IMG/VR virus record: IMGVR_UViG_3300017786_003484
Span: 1-64,000 of that record
DNA: 64,000 nt
Direction: 5' to 3' (one strand)
Every line of letters starts with the position of its first letter. The stretch's first letter is position 1. The position numbers and the translations under genes are program-made. This document shows positions 10,149-20,900 of the stretch, one piece after another. The notes under the pieces are model-generated. The model was not told the origin of the DNA, ran no database searches, and saw only the letters and a program-made list of their open reading frames with translations.

Positions 10149-10842
10149 TATACACATACTCTAATGTTTTTTTAGAATTATCTAGCCATACTGGAAATAA
10201 TTGTACATGATTTTCTAGTTTAAAATTTCCATTTGACGGATAATATGAAATCCAATCATGCCATGTGTTTGTTGCGTACATCACTGGATCAGTTTCTAAA
10301 TCTCTAATACTTAAATCAACTAAAGGAAAAGTATCAAGAGAAGTCCAAGAAGGAAGTAAAGAAACCATTGCACTTAACCAATGCTGGAGGTCTGACTTTT
10401 CTGGTAGGTAATTTGTCCACAACTGTTCTTCTTTAAAGTTTGCTATTAACATTAAAGATTCAACTGCACTCATTGAATCCCCTATTAACATAATATAAGG
10501 AATACTTGTTTGATTATTTTCTTCTTGTACTTTTCTTTTTAAAAGTTTCTTGTTTGGGATTTCAAGTAACCTATGATCTACAAGTTTTCCTGGAACAATA
10601 TTTTCTTTATTTTCCTTAGCAATTTCTAATAGTTTAAATGATAGTGGCCTAGGAGCAAGTCCAGCCTGGCATAACATATCTCCATCTTCTAGTGGAATTC
10701 TAGACAGTTCTAATAATTGTTTTTTTGGATTATCTTCTAATAACTCTATATAAATTGTTTCAACATCATTATTAATTGTAAGTACATCTTCTTTAGTTAC
10801 ATTATAAAGATCTATGTCTTTTCCAAATACATAACACCTCAT
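10141..10842 (-). CDS. Hypothetical protein, possibly a degenerate glycosyltransferase-like paralog
   Basis: Coupled ORF between GT-like genes; no intact DxD seen. Confidence 0.45.
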   Translation of the reverse strand: MRCYVFGKDIDLYNVTKEDVLTINNDVETIYIELLEDNPKKQLLELSRIPLEDGDMLCQAGLAPRPLSFKLLEIAKENKENIVPGKLVDHRLLEIPNKKLLKRKVQEENNQTSIPYIMLIGDSMSAVESLMLIANFKEEQLWTNYLPEKSDLQHWLSAMVSLLPSWTSLDTFPLVDLSIRDLETDPVMYATNTWHDWISYYPSNGNFKLENHVQLFPVWLDNSKKTLEYVYNG

Positions 10843-11717
10843 GCCATACACCTCATAATACTTCTATAGTTACGAAGTATACTTAACTTGTTCATCATAT
10901 GTACATCTTCTCCTGTAATTCTTACTGCAATATTTTTATATTCGTCTGGCATATTACTTAACATAATCCAATCATTTGCATCTTTAACTTCTACAATATC
11001 ATCACGTTGATCTTGATAACGCATATGTAAAGGTATGCGTCCAATAAATCCTCCGTCTTGCATTCCGTCACATAAATGACAAGCTACAGAAGCGGCATAA
11101 TCAGTACGATATAAACTACCAGGAAATTTATATAAGAACCTATAATATTCCCAATGGTCCTTTACATGAGCCCAAACATTAAAAAAGTGTTCTGCCTCTT
11201 CTGATTTTCTCCAGTAAACTACAGTTGACCACCACATGCGTATTCCTGCATAGTGTAACCATCTTTCAGTAGTATAGGGTTCTTCGCAACGTAAATTCAT
11301 TGCGTCTCGATGCATTGCAACACTACTTTGTCCTCCAAATAATTTTTCTAAGTTATTACTACCAACTAGATAATCAGTATCAATTAGTATAGTCTCATCA
11401 AATGGAGTTAAATTATATATGTCGTGTTTGTTTGTGTTGGTAAATTGTGCATTAAAACTTTTGTAAGCACCGTCGTTGTGTATTCTAATATTAGTTTCGT
11501 ATTCAGGATCAGTCATTATGACTTCGTCCCAGAGTGTTTTTACTAGATTACTTTGAGATTTTTTCTTATTAAAATCTTTGAGACTTCTTTCATTGGTTAC
11601 AAGGACAACAGGTATCTCTGGCATATATTTTTTTAAAGCCGAACTTGCAACAGTCGCTAATCTCATATAGTCTATTTGCTCATTGTTATAAGCAAACATC
11701 ATAAAGCCTTTTGTCAT
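10839..11717 (-). CDS. Nucleotide-diphospho-sugar transferase (GT8-like)
   Basis: KGFMMFAYNN..IDY, TPFDETILIDTD (DxD), WSTVVYW, YRTDYAAS. Confidence 0.7.
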   Translation of the reverse strand: MTKGFMMFAYNNEQIDYMRLATVASSALKKYMPEIPVVLVTNERSLKDFNKKKSQSNLVKTLWDEVIMTDPEYETNIRIHNDGAYKSFNAQFTNTNKHDIYNLTPFDETILIDTDYLVGSNNLEKLFGGQSSVAMHRDAMNLRCEEPYTTERWLHYAGIRMWWSTVVYWRKSEEAEHFFNVWAHVKDHWEYYRFLYKFPGSLYRTDYAASVACHLCDGMQDGGFIGRIPLHMRYQDQRDDIVEVKDANDWIMLSNMPDEYKNIAVRITGEDVHMMNKLSILRNYRSIMRCMA

Positions 11718-12067
11718 TTTGCTCCTACAACTGTTTTTGTAGCCCTAGCTTTTTTTAACTTTTGTTGTTCTTTATATTTTAACTCTAATGCTTTATTATA
11801 TGTTTGTAAAAGACTTTTTAAAAAGTCTTTGCTTTTTTCAACTGCACTAGTATTGCCTATAGAATCCTCTATGTATAATACTTGTTTTGGATTTACAGTT
11901 ACTTGTGCAGATACATAACCAATTAGTTCTTGTGTTACTTTAAAAATATGATTATTATAGTTTAGTAATAACATTGATTCAACCCGAGCATCAATGTTTT
12001 TTCTTTGTGTTTGCAACGTTAATCTATAATTTGCAAACGCAAGTGCCTTTTGTAGTCTATCGTCCAT
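11714..12067 (-). CDS. Hypothetical phage protein
   Basis: 117-aa ORF, first gene after a late-promoter motif. Confidence 0.7.
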   Translation of the reverse strand: MDDRLQKALAFANYRLTLQTQRKNIDARVESMLLLNYNNHIFKVTQELIGYVSAQVTVNPKQVLYIEDSIGNTSAVEKSKDFLKSLLQTYNKALELKYKEQQKLKKARATKTVVGAK

Positions 12068-12095
12068 ATTAATATCCTAGAGTTATATATGCACT

Positions 12096-12105
12096 TATTT
12101 ATTTA
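12096..12105 (-). promoter_or_regulatory. Late promoter-like TAAATA (tandem)
   Basis: Minus-strand TAAATAAATA upstream of 12067; resembles the T4 late promoter TATAAATA. Confidence 0.55.
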
Positions 12106-12128
12106 GGGATTGTAAGGCAGGTAAACCG

Positions 12129-13118
12129 TTAAGTTTGTGTCCACGGAGATGGATTTGATACTACAGGTTGTGGAATATCTAATGTTACATTTTCTTCTGT
12201 AACACTACTTGGATGAACCATACTTGCTGTTATTGAAAGATCTCCGCTTGTGGTTATTGATGTAGAAGTTCCATCTAATACAATTCTTAAATTTAGATAC
12301 TTATTACTATCTCCGTACACTCTTCCATATACCTTAACTCGTATATTAGCATAACCACCATAGCCGCCATAACCACCATAGCCACCATAGCCACCACCGC
12401 CACCTGCTGGACTAGTATAAAGTAATTTTTCTGTTGTATTCAGTTCACTAAATCCAAGGTCTTGTGTAACTCCAACACTATTTAGACTTTGTGTTGTTTC
12501 GACATTAAGTTTAATGGTTCCCATAGCTATAAATAGATCTCTCCAAGCAGTATATCCTGTACCAGTTCCATTAGCATATGCTAATTCTAATCGTAAGTCT
12601 CCTCCGGCATTAAAGAAGTGTCTAGCACTCTCATAGTATTCTGGATCAGTGCCAAACAAATAATCTAATTGTATTTCAAATTGATTAGTCCAACTTGTAG
12701 AGGAACTGTAAGTGTTTAATGTTGATAATTGTGTAAGATTTGGATCCACGTCATTGCGTTTAATTCTTGCTAATTCTAGTAAATCATGAGCAGTATTAAA
12801 AAAATCTGCTGTAATTTTTCCGCCTCTAGAAGTTACAACTAGCTCGTCATCTGAAGCATCTGTCCTGTATGTGCTAATATTAATTCTATTAACAAGTTCG
12901 TTAGCATAAGAAGATGTAACCTTATCTCCTCTTGCTACAGTCGGTACTTCTGTTCCACCCCAACCCCAACGAATATCATCTTGAACTGCGGCGTCATCTG
13001 TTTCTGATGGACCTTCATTTGCATGTGTATCTGCAAATAGTTCATTTACTTGATCTGAAAGATTATTAAAATAATCTTTCGTAATTTTATCGCCACGGCT
13101 ATTTGGGTGCCCAGACAT
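12129..13118 (-). CDS. Virion structural/tail protein with (GGY)n loop
   Basis: Three RGxK(I/V)T repeats at N-terminus, ARHFFNAGG motif, GGGGGYGGYGGYGGYGGY. Confidence 0.6.
   Translation of the reverse strand: MSGHPNSRGDKITKDYFNNLSDQVNELFADTHANEGPSETDDAAVQDDIRWGWGGTEVPTVARGDKVTSSYANELVNRINISTYRTDASDDELVVTSRGGKITADFFNTAHDLLELARIKRNDVDPNLTQLSTLNTYSSSTSWTNQFEIQLDYLFGTDPEYYESARHFFNAGGDLRLELAYANGTGTGYTAWRDLFIAMGTIKLNVETTQSLNSVGVTQDLGFSELNTTEKLLYTSPAGGGGGYGGYGGYGGYGGYANIRVKVYGRVYGDSNKYLNLRIVLDGTSTSITTSGDLSITASMVHPSSVTEENVTLDIPQPVVSNPSPWTQT
12351..12404 (-). repeat. 9-bp tandem repeat encoding GGY
   Basis: (GGNGGNTAT) x5 on minus strand, synonymous variation between units. Confidence 0.85.
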
Positions 13119-14230
13119 TATCTGACTCCTACTGTTGCCTCAATTAATCCAATACCTTCGCCATCATAATCTTGTAAACTACGGCCAATGATACTAAAAA
13201 GAGGATCGTTTTCTGTTGCTTTTCTTGCAACTCCTGGTGTTTCACTTGCTACTAATCTATCTCCTTTTCCAATTGGTCCTGAGACTTTAGTAGGAATACG
13301 TCCTGCTACTGCAATTGGCATTGCATGTTTCTCTCTTTTCTTTCTTGCGTTTAACAAGTAAGCTGGTCTAGTTGATACCACACCAAAGATACTTGGATCT
13401 CCGTCAAACATAGTGCTAGTTACTTCGTTAACACCGCCTAGTGCAACCAATGTGCCTGGCTCGTATGTTGCATCACCTACATAAATTTCTGCAACGTCAG
13501 CAAATTCTGCTTCAACTGCTACACCACGAATTTTAAAATCACTACTTGAATTTAAATTTAATCCTTTTCCAATTATACCAGTTTGGTTATAATCTCCAGA
13601 TCCTAAATTGGCATCTACGCCACCTGCGTCTGCTCCGCAAAATGATTGTAAATTTTCACTTGCATGTGGTACATAATCTGCATCACTACTTAAAATAGCA
13701 ACAAGTATTCCGTTGACTTTAAGTTTAATTGCAGGATGTATGTTTAAGTTAGGTGTTGCATCAACATAATTTGTATCTTTAATTGTTTCATTTATAACAA
13801 CGCCTGTTTCTAATCCTGGAACTCCAAAAACATTGTTTAACTGAATAAACGCAGTTCCGTCCCACATAAACACACCTTGGTTTGCTGTATCAAACCACAT
13901 ATCTCCTTTAGCTCGTTTAACTAAAGAGGGTTGAGTACCAACAAACAAGTGCCCTACTGGCTTCCAAACTCCACCGCCTTGGTAAATGTTTATTTGTTTT
14001 GGTTCTCCAACTACATCGGTATTTCTATACCAAATTTGACCAACGATAGGGTTGGCTGGTTCGTCGTTACTATTGAAATTTTCTAATAGTTTGACAAAGT
14101 TTTCAGCAATTAATTCTCCATATCCTAAATAGTTTTTTCCTAAAAGATTTAATCCATACGTTGTATCGATTTCACCTTCTTGGATATTTAGGAGAATTGT
14201 GCCATCTGTTTTGTTTACTTCATATGCCAT
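13118..14230 (-). CDS. Tail fibre/spike with C-terminal autocleaving chaperone (peptidase G2-like)
   Basis: N-terminal GKNYLGYGELIAENFVKLLENF..P.NP..GQIW; C-terminal ADVAEIY..YEPGT..GVVST..AGRIP..GDRLV. Confidence 0.7.
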   Translation of the reverse strand: MAYEVNKTDGTILLNIQEGEIDTTYGLNLLGKNYLGYGELIAENFVKLLENFNSNDEPANPIVGQIWYRNTDVVGEPKQINIYQGGGVWKPVGHLFVGTQPSLVKRAKGDMWFDTANQGVFMWDGTAFIQLNNVFGVPGLETGVVINETIKDTNYVDATPNLNIHPAIKLKVNGILVAILSSDADYVPHASENLQSFCGADAGGVDANLGSGDYNQTGIIGKGLNLNSSSDFKIRGVAVEAEFADVAEIYVGDATYEPGTLVALGGVNEVTSTMFDGDPSIFGVVSTRPAYLLNARKKREKHAMPIAVAGRIPTKVSGPIGKGDRLVASETPGVARKATENDPLFSIIGRSLQDYDGEGIGLIEATVGVR

Positions 14231-14262
14231 AGTTTATATCCTTTACCTATTATTTAGTACAA

Positions 14263-14886
14263 TTAAGCTCTTATTCTAAGTGTGTAAATAATTTGTATTC
14301 TTTGTTCTGCGGTTTTCGTAACCGGATGAAACCTATAATGCGTTAATAATCTTCCGCTATCTAAGCCTGTAATTCCTTTGCTTTTCAAGCCAATTTCATC
14401 AAAAATTATCTCTCCATTACTTGCTAATCCTGAATCATATGTTGCGTCAGTTAGATTAGTTATATACCCACCAGTTTGTGAGTTAATATCTGGGTCTGCA
14501 TAATCAAGTGTAGTTGTAACAACTAAATCAGTAAACTGCGATCCTCTAATATGATCTGTTTCTACTTTATTATCATTTGGTAAAATGTTACCAAAATCTA
14601 AAGCATCTACTAATCTATAATATAAAGGATGATACAGCCCTGCATTCTCACCAAGAATATTAGCTGGCTTATATGTAATTACTCCTGAATTAATAGTACT
14701 TGCTCCGTCACCAAAATGTATTTCGCTAACAATACTGTTACCACTACTCATTACTTCAGCTAAGGTTTGACTCATGTTTTCTTTATGAACTGAGTTCTTT
14801 CCTTCGCGAAGTATTTGTTTTGTGTCTAGATCGACAATTTTTACGAAACCTTCGATGCTTGCATTTATATCTTGAATATGTGTCAT
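14263..14886 (-). CDS. Virion structural protein (baseplate-associated)
   Basis: FDEIGL...LLTH..FHPV.K...IQI.YTLRI motif; position in structural operon. Confidence 0.55.
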   Translation of the reverse strand: MTHIQDINASIEGFVKIVDLDTKQILREGKNSVHKENMSQTLAEVMSSGNSIVSEIHFGDGASTINSGVITYKPANILGENAGLYHPLYYRLVDALDFGNILPNDNKVETDHIRGSQFTDLVVTTTLDYADPDINSQTGGYITNLTDATYDSGLASNGEIIFDEIGLKSKGITGLDSGRLLTHYRFHPVTKTAEQRIQIIYTLRIRA

Positions 14887-14917
14887 TAGTAATATTTAGC
14901 CTGTTTGTTATAACCCG

Positions 14918-17900
14918 TTATATCGTAGGAACTACCTCAGATGCTCCATTTGGATCAACCTCTACTAGTGTTGATGTTGAAACATCTGGATTAAGGAAAC
15001 TAATCGTATTTCCATCTTCATCAGTAAGTACTGCGTCATCTATGCTAACTGTAAATTCTTCTGTTTCAATATTCATTATCAATGATTCAGTAATACCAAC
15101 GTTTATTGTATCGTTGCTTGATAATTTATTATTAAAGTTTGCTACTTTAGTATGATAAGGTTTTACTTCTTGTATATAAGTTGCAACTTGCTCTGCTAAT
15201 TTATCGTAAAATAAAGAAACGCCTCTTAAATCATCTGATGATGTTTTAGAAATATCTAAGTAAGTAGATTTAATTGCCCAACTTGAATTTGGAATTTGAT
15301 TAAGTGATTCTTTTACCATATCAAAGAAAAATAAGTTAAAGAATCCAATGTCGTTTGTGACTAATAAATCTTCTCTTAATGCAGTTAATAAACTTTCTAA
15401 TACTTCGCTACCATCTTCGTCCCATGGAAATTTATCCCACCTTGCGGTATCCCATGCATCACCTAATGATCCATCCCATACTGTATCTAGGAATTGTATT
15501 GTTCCACCACGTTGAAAAACTAATTCAATGTCTAATCCGTTTTTATTAAATGATCTTTCTAGCTCTCCATTTGAGTCTAGTAATCCAAAAATAGTAATAT
15601 CAGACGACAATGTTGTTATCTCTGATAAGTTATCTACAAAAGCCTGTTCGCTTCCAACAACATATCCAGTATCAAGGTAATCAACAAACTCCCAATAAGG
15701 TGTTAAATCTTTTACATAAGGTCCAAACAATGGCTGGTATGTTAATAGATGTGCATCATATGTTGCTTTTGAAACAACATTTGCCTGTAATAGATATTTG
15801 TTTGCTGAATAAACAAAATTACGTCTTGCCTCTTTTATATCTTTATACCATGTTTGTGGTAACGGAACATACTGATTTCCGTACCTACGAAGTGGATGAA
15901 GTTTAGTATCAGGCACTCGTCTTCTTGCTGGAATAACTGCTAAGTACTCTCCGTTTAATCCGCCTGCTTCTTGTACTGCGGTTGCTCCACTTACTACCAT
16001 ATTCCAATCACTTAGTGCATCTGCTACAAAGTCACTAGTTGATGTATAACCTGTTTTGTTTGTTATAAGCATTGGCCTATGTAACTTTTTCTTAGTTTCT
16101 AATCTAGTATCAGTTGATAATGCAAATATGTTTCCTAACGAGTCAACTAAGTTTCCAGTTCCTTCGTCAATTTGATAAATTGGTCTAAGTACTCCTTCTA
16201 CTTTTTCTCTAGTATCGTTTAAGAATTTTATCACAGGAACATCATTATCATTATAGGTACTTGTTGTAACTACTTGCGAAAGATTATAGTTTATAACAAC
16301 ATCTCCTTCGTTATAAAGTGTATTGGGTATCCATTCTTTTAAAGCATGTGTTCTTCTATATTGATCTCTACCAGATATACTTGTTTTAAGTCTACGAAAT
16401 AAGTATTCAGGAATAACACTTCCTGACTTTCCTTCGCTTACTAATAAACTATTAACATGTTGTTGTAGTCCGTCTGTTCTTTCGACTATTCTAAGTATTA
16501 CACTTTTTCTACTTGCTAAGAATCCATTAGCATTTGAAAGTACTAATGCGTTAGTTGCAATTGGACTTGCCCAAGTTATTCCTGCAATATCTGGACTGTT
16601 TAATGCAGATTGTATTGCAAGAGCAGAGTAAATTCTTTTTGCTTCTGTAGGAATATCTGAAGGATTTTTACTCCAATAATAATATTTTGTTACTAATGCC
16701 CCGTTGTTATTATATTCTTGATTTTCAGTATATCTAATTATACCGTCACCATCAGAGTAATCTATTCTTGCATCAGGATGTGTGTCTACTGCTGGTTCTT
16801 CATCTGATGAATACCATTCGTAAATTTCTACTTCACTATCTGCAAATTGCTCTCCCCAGTAGTTTGCTCTATACTCTACATTATTTCTTTGCTCGTATTC
16901 TGCATAACGTAGTTTACTGGTATCCCACCATAGTTTTCCAATCTGTGTGTTTTCCCAATATGTTGTTGCATCAAGTTCTTCGTTTCCAAATTCATCTATG
17001 TTGTAAACTGCCGGATCTGCTCCTTGCCTGTAGTTTAAATATTGTACTACATCGTCAATAGTAAATCCTTTATAAGGATCAAACAATTCAATGTTAGCAA
17101 TTTTATTTCCTGTATCACCATCTAATAATGTAATACTGTCAATTGCAGTTGAGTCTACCATGTTGCCTTGTAACGTTGTTGCTTCTTCGTTAATGATCCA
17201 AGCAGTTCCGTTAAATTCATATACTGTATATTCTCCTTGAGCAGTACTATCTGGCTCAAGATAAAACTTAGTTCCTACAGCAATATTTGTTAGGTTTGTT
17301 GGTAAATCTGCTGTAGTTTTGCCCTTGGTATTCATCATTGTTATAGATACTAGGTTTTCTGTTTTTGTTGAAACTCTAGTAGGAATTAAAATATTATAAG
17401 CATCAATAACTTTTGTAACTACATGAAAAGTTCTAATTGTTTCTTCGTTAGTTCCTAATATCAATAACATGTCATCAACTGCTAATCCATGTGCATTGGC
17501 AAATGTAACTTTACTTTCTTCTAATGCAGGATCACCATTAGGACAAATTTCATTTATTAATGCTGGAACAGTACCTTGTAAAATATTCCAACTAACTTCA
17601 GTTTCACCTGTTTCTGTTGTTGTAAAATCTTTGAAGTTAAAGTCACTTAACCATACTGTAGGAGGAAGTGAAATAGCATCTTCAGTAACAACAGTCCATT
17701 GTGCTGAATCAAATGCAGTATTTTGTCCACCAGTTACATTTTCTATTGCTTGATATAGTAAGCCATTATTCCAAACTCTATCACCTTCTTTGTATATTCC
17801 AAACTTACTAAAAGATCTTAATTCGTCTAAACGTTCAAATTTATCATCTTCAAATAATCCAATGTTAGATCCAAACAGCTCATTGACACTTCTTTTCTGT

Positions 17901-20900
17901 ACATTGGTTTCAACTAAGTTGCCAACTCCTGCACTTGGTAACCAATTATTTTTCTTGACATAGTCTGGTGTTATATCTGATCGAGCTATGGTTTTAAAAT
18001 TAATATCTTTTGATCTTGATACCCATCTACTATCATTCTTTAGTATATCAATAATGTTATCGCTTCTAAAGTCAACATCATCTTCGCCTTCTTTAAAACG
18101 TATAATCTGTCTGGTACTTGTCATGTCTTCTGCTCTGACTTCTATTTCCCAAACACGTCTATTACCTAACTTTCCAAATTCTCCATCAGTAAATAACCAT
18201 TGTTCGTTAATTTCTAAATCCTGTAATGTTCCTGGAATGTCAATAGCTGAATTCCTAAACAAAGCGTCAATTGCTAGATTAGTTCCTGATGCTGAATTTA
18301 ATCCCTGTTTGTAAGCAAACTCAACCGATTCATCTGAAATGATTTCTTCTATAATTGATTTTTTAGAAGGTATAATATCTCCCTTACTAACGTCACTTAA
18401 GAATGTGTTAAACTGGCTCTTCTCTGAATCTCTTGACTTAACAATATCTGTTGCTAAACTTTCTAATCCAGGTAGTAATCCTGTATTTGTTACAATCACT
18501 CCTTGTGCAAATGGCTTTCCGTCCCAGCCTCTTGTTCTTCTAGCAACCATTTTTAGATTTTGTAATCTATACTGTAATTGGCTATTATTGATTACATCAC
18601 CAAATCTAGTAGAGTTATTAAAGAAGAATATATGATCATAACTTCTTAAAGAGAAGTCAATAAATGTAACTTGCTTTTTTGAAGTAATTTCTACAAGGTC
18701 TTGTTTTTCGTTATAATTTCTAGATATTAATAAGTCATTTGGTTGTGCTAATTTTCCGTCTGAAAATATAATCTTTCCTCGTCTAGTTAAATCATTGTCT
18801 AACTTGTCTAAATGTCCTAGTTGGTGTTCGTATAAAAATCCTTTAGAGTCAATTGGTCCACCTAACCAGTAAGTATCTGTTCCCCAATTTTCACCAATCC
18901 AGGTCATTGCATCTAATGCTACCTGTTCCCAATTACCAACAGTTCCTCTTGAATTTAATTTATCAAAAACTAAACCATTGCGTTCTTGTAATGCTTGCAC
19001 ACCTATAAAGAATTCGTACAATTCTTGTTTTGTCTCAAACTTGTGACCGTAAGGAATATTAATAACATCTGTTTCATGTTGTTTGTATAATATAAGAGTG
19101 TCAGTATCTGTTTCTACAGTTCTTTGAAATGTTCCACTTGTACCATCTTTAATTGGTAATACAGTAGTGAAGTATCGTTGTTCTGGGTCAAAACCATAAA
19201 CTCTAAAACCGTCATCTTCTCGTTCTAGTCTTACTGCACTATACCTTAAGTCGTTAGTACCAACTCCTGCATCTAATGTTAAGTTAAAATCTTCGTCTGG
19301 AACAAATGTTCCATCAGATACTTTTGCATGTGGCATTTTAAATCTAGCTTCTTGATTGCTAAATCCACCCATACCAAACATTAACACAACTCCTAGATTT
19401 TCTAGTTCATTAATTACTTCTGATCCTGGGAAGTTTAACTCTTTATTACTTTCAAAAAGTAATGCTCCAATACCAACTGTTGGTCTTAGTTGTACCCAAG
19501 GAACATCTGGAAAAATACTATACTGTCCTAAGGCTTCTGTTGTATTATTATTGTTTGTTACAACATAAGGATTAATTCCTTTTTCTACAAATTCGTTTAC
19601 AGTATTATTATTTCCAATTTTATCAAAGATCTGATGGTATGCTCCTGCAGAGCTTCTTGCCCATAAGTCTTCCCACACGCCATAACTACCAATTTCCCAA
19701 GGTGCTCCGGCGGCGTCTTCTGTTACAGTTATTCCTAACCAATCATTTGGATGTATAAGTTTAACGTCTGTTGTAACTGGAAAGCCGTTTGGATATTCTC
19801 TTCTAGAGCCATAATCATATACTGCAGGTGTTCCTGGTTCGCTTACAAGACCTGTTTCTAACGCTGATTCTAATGCAACACGCTGGGTTGGCTCTCCCCA
19901 TTGATAATGATGATCCCACCAGTCTGGTTTATTGCTAAAGTTTAATATTTCCCAAGGACGGCTATCAGGCTGATAAGTTCCAAACAGTCTAATGTACATT
20001 CCTCTCCAACTTTCGCCGTTGTAATTCCATGTCCACGGATCTGCAAAATCAAAATCTTGTGAACGGTCTCTGAAGTCAATATCGTTGGATTCAAACCACC
20101 TAACTTCAGCTAACGAACGTAGGCTGGTAATATCAGGATTACAATATAACCCTGAATTTTCTCTTAACGTGGCTCCTGGCAATTCTATACAGCTGACATA
20201 AATTCTTCTTTCTAATTCTAATATTAAGTAGTCTCTTGGATCAGGTGCCGAATAAATGTTATCTTGGTGGGCCATTACTTTACTGCCGTCATGTCTTAAA
20301 ATTAAGAATCGATCAAACATTCCCCATCGTTCTCTAATAAGTTCTGGCTTGGTTAGTCCTTTCAATCCTAGCTTAGTAGGACTTGCTGGTACTCCGCTCA
20401 ATAAAGGAGTTGCGGAACCTCTGTAATAAATTGCTACTATACTTCCTTCACTAACTGGATTTGAAAATATTACATTAGGAGTAGTATCAACACTATATCC
20501 TTCAATTTGTAATATATTATCAACATAAACATATACATGATCTGGATCATATTCGTCTTGGTTTAATATACTACTACCAATGTTAACTGCAAAAGTTGTT
20601 TCGCTAGTTCCTTGAACAGTATAGTTAACTTTAAGCATATTAGTAGTAGAGAAAACCATTCCACTTTCAGCATCTGTTGAATTTGTATTAACTTCAATGT
20701 TTAATTGATCTAACATTAAATCTAATATTTCTCTTGAATTTGATGTTGTTACTTCGTATGCATTATTAAAAGTTTCTACTAACTTAATAAAACGTCTATG
20801 CCATCTCCATGCATTCATACTTCTGTTAATAACTACTTCACCTAAATCAGGGTTTAATCTTTGTGTTGTCCACATTCCTCTCATTGCTGAAATGTCAGCA

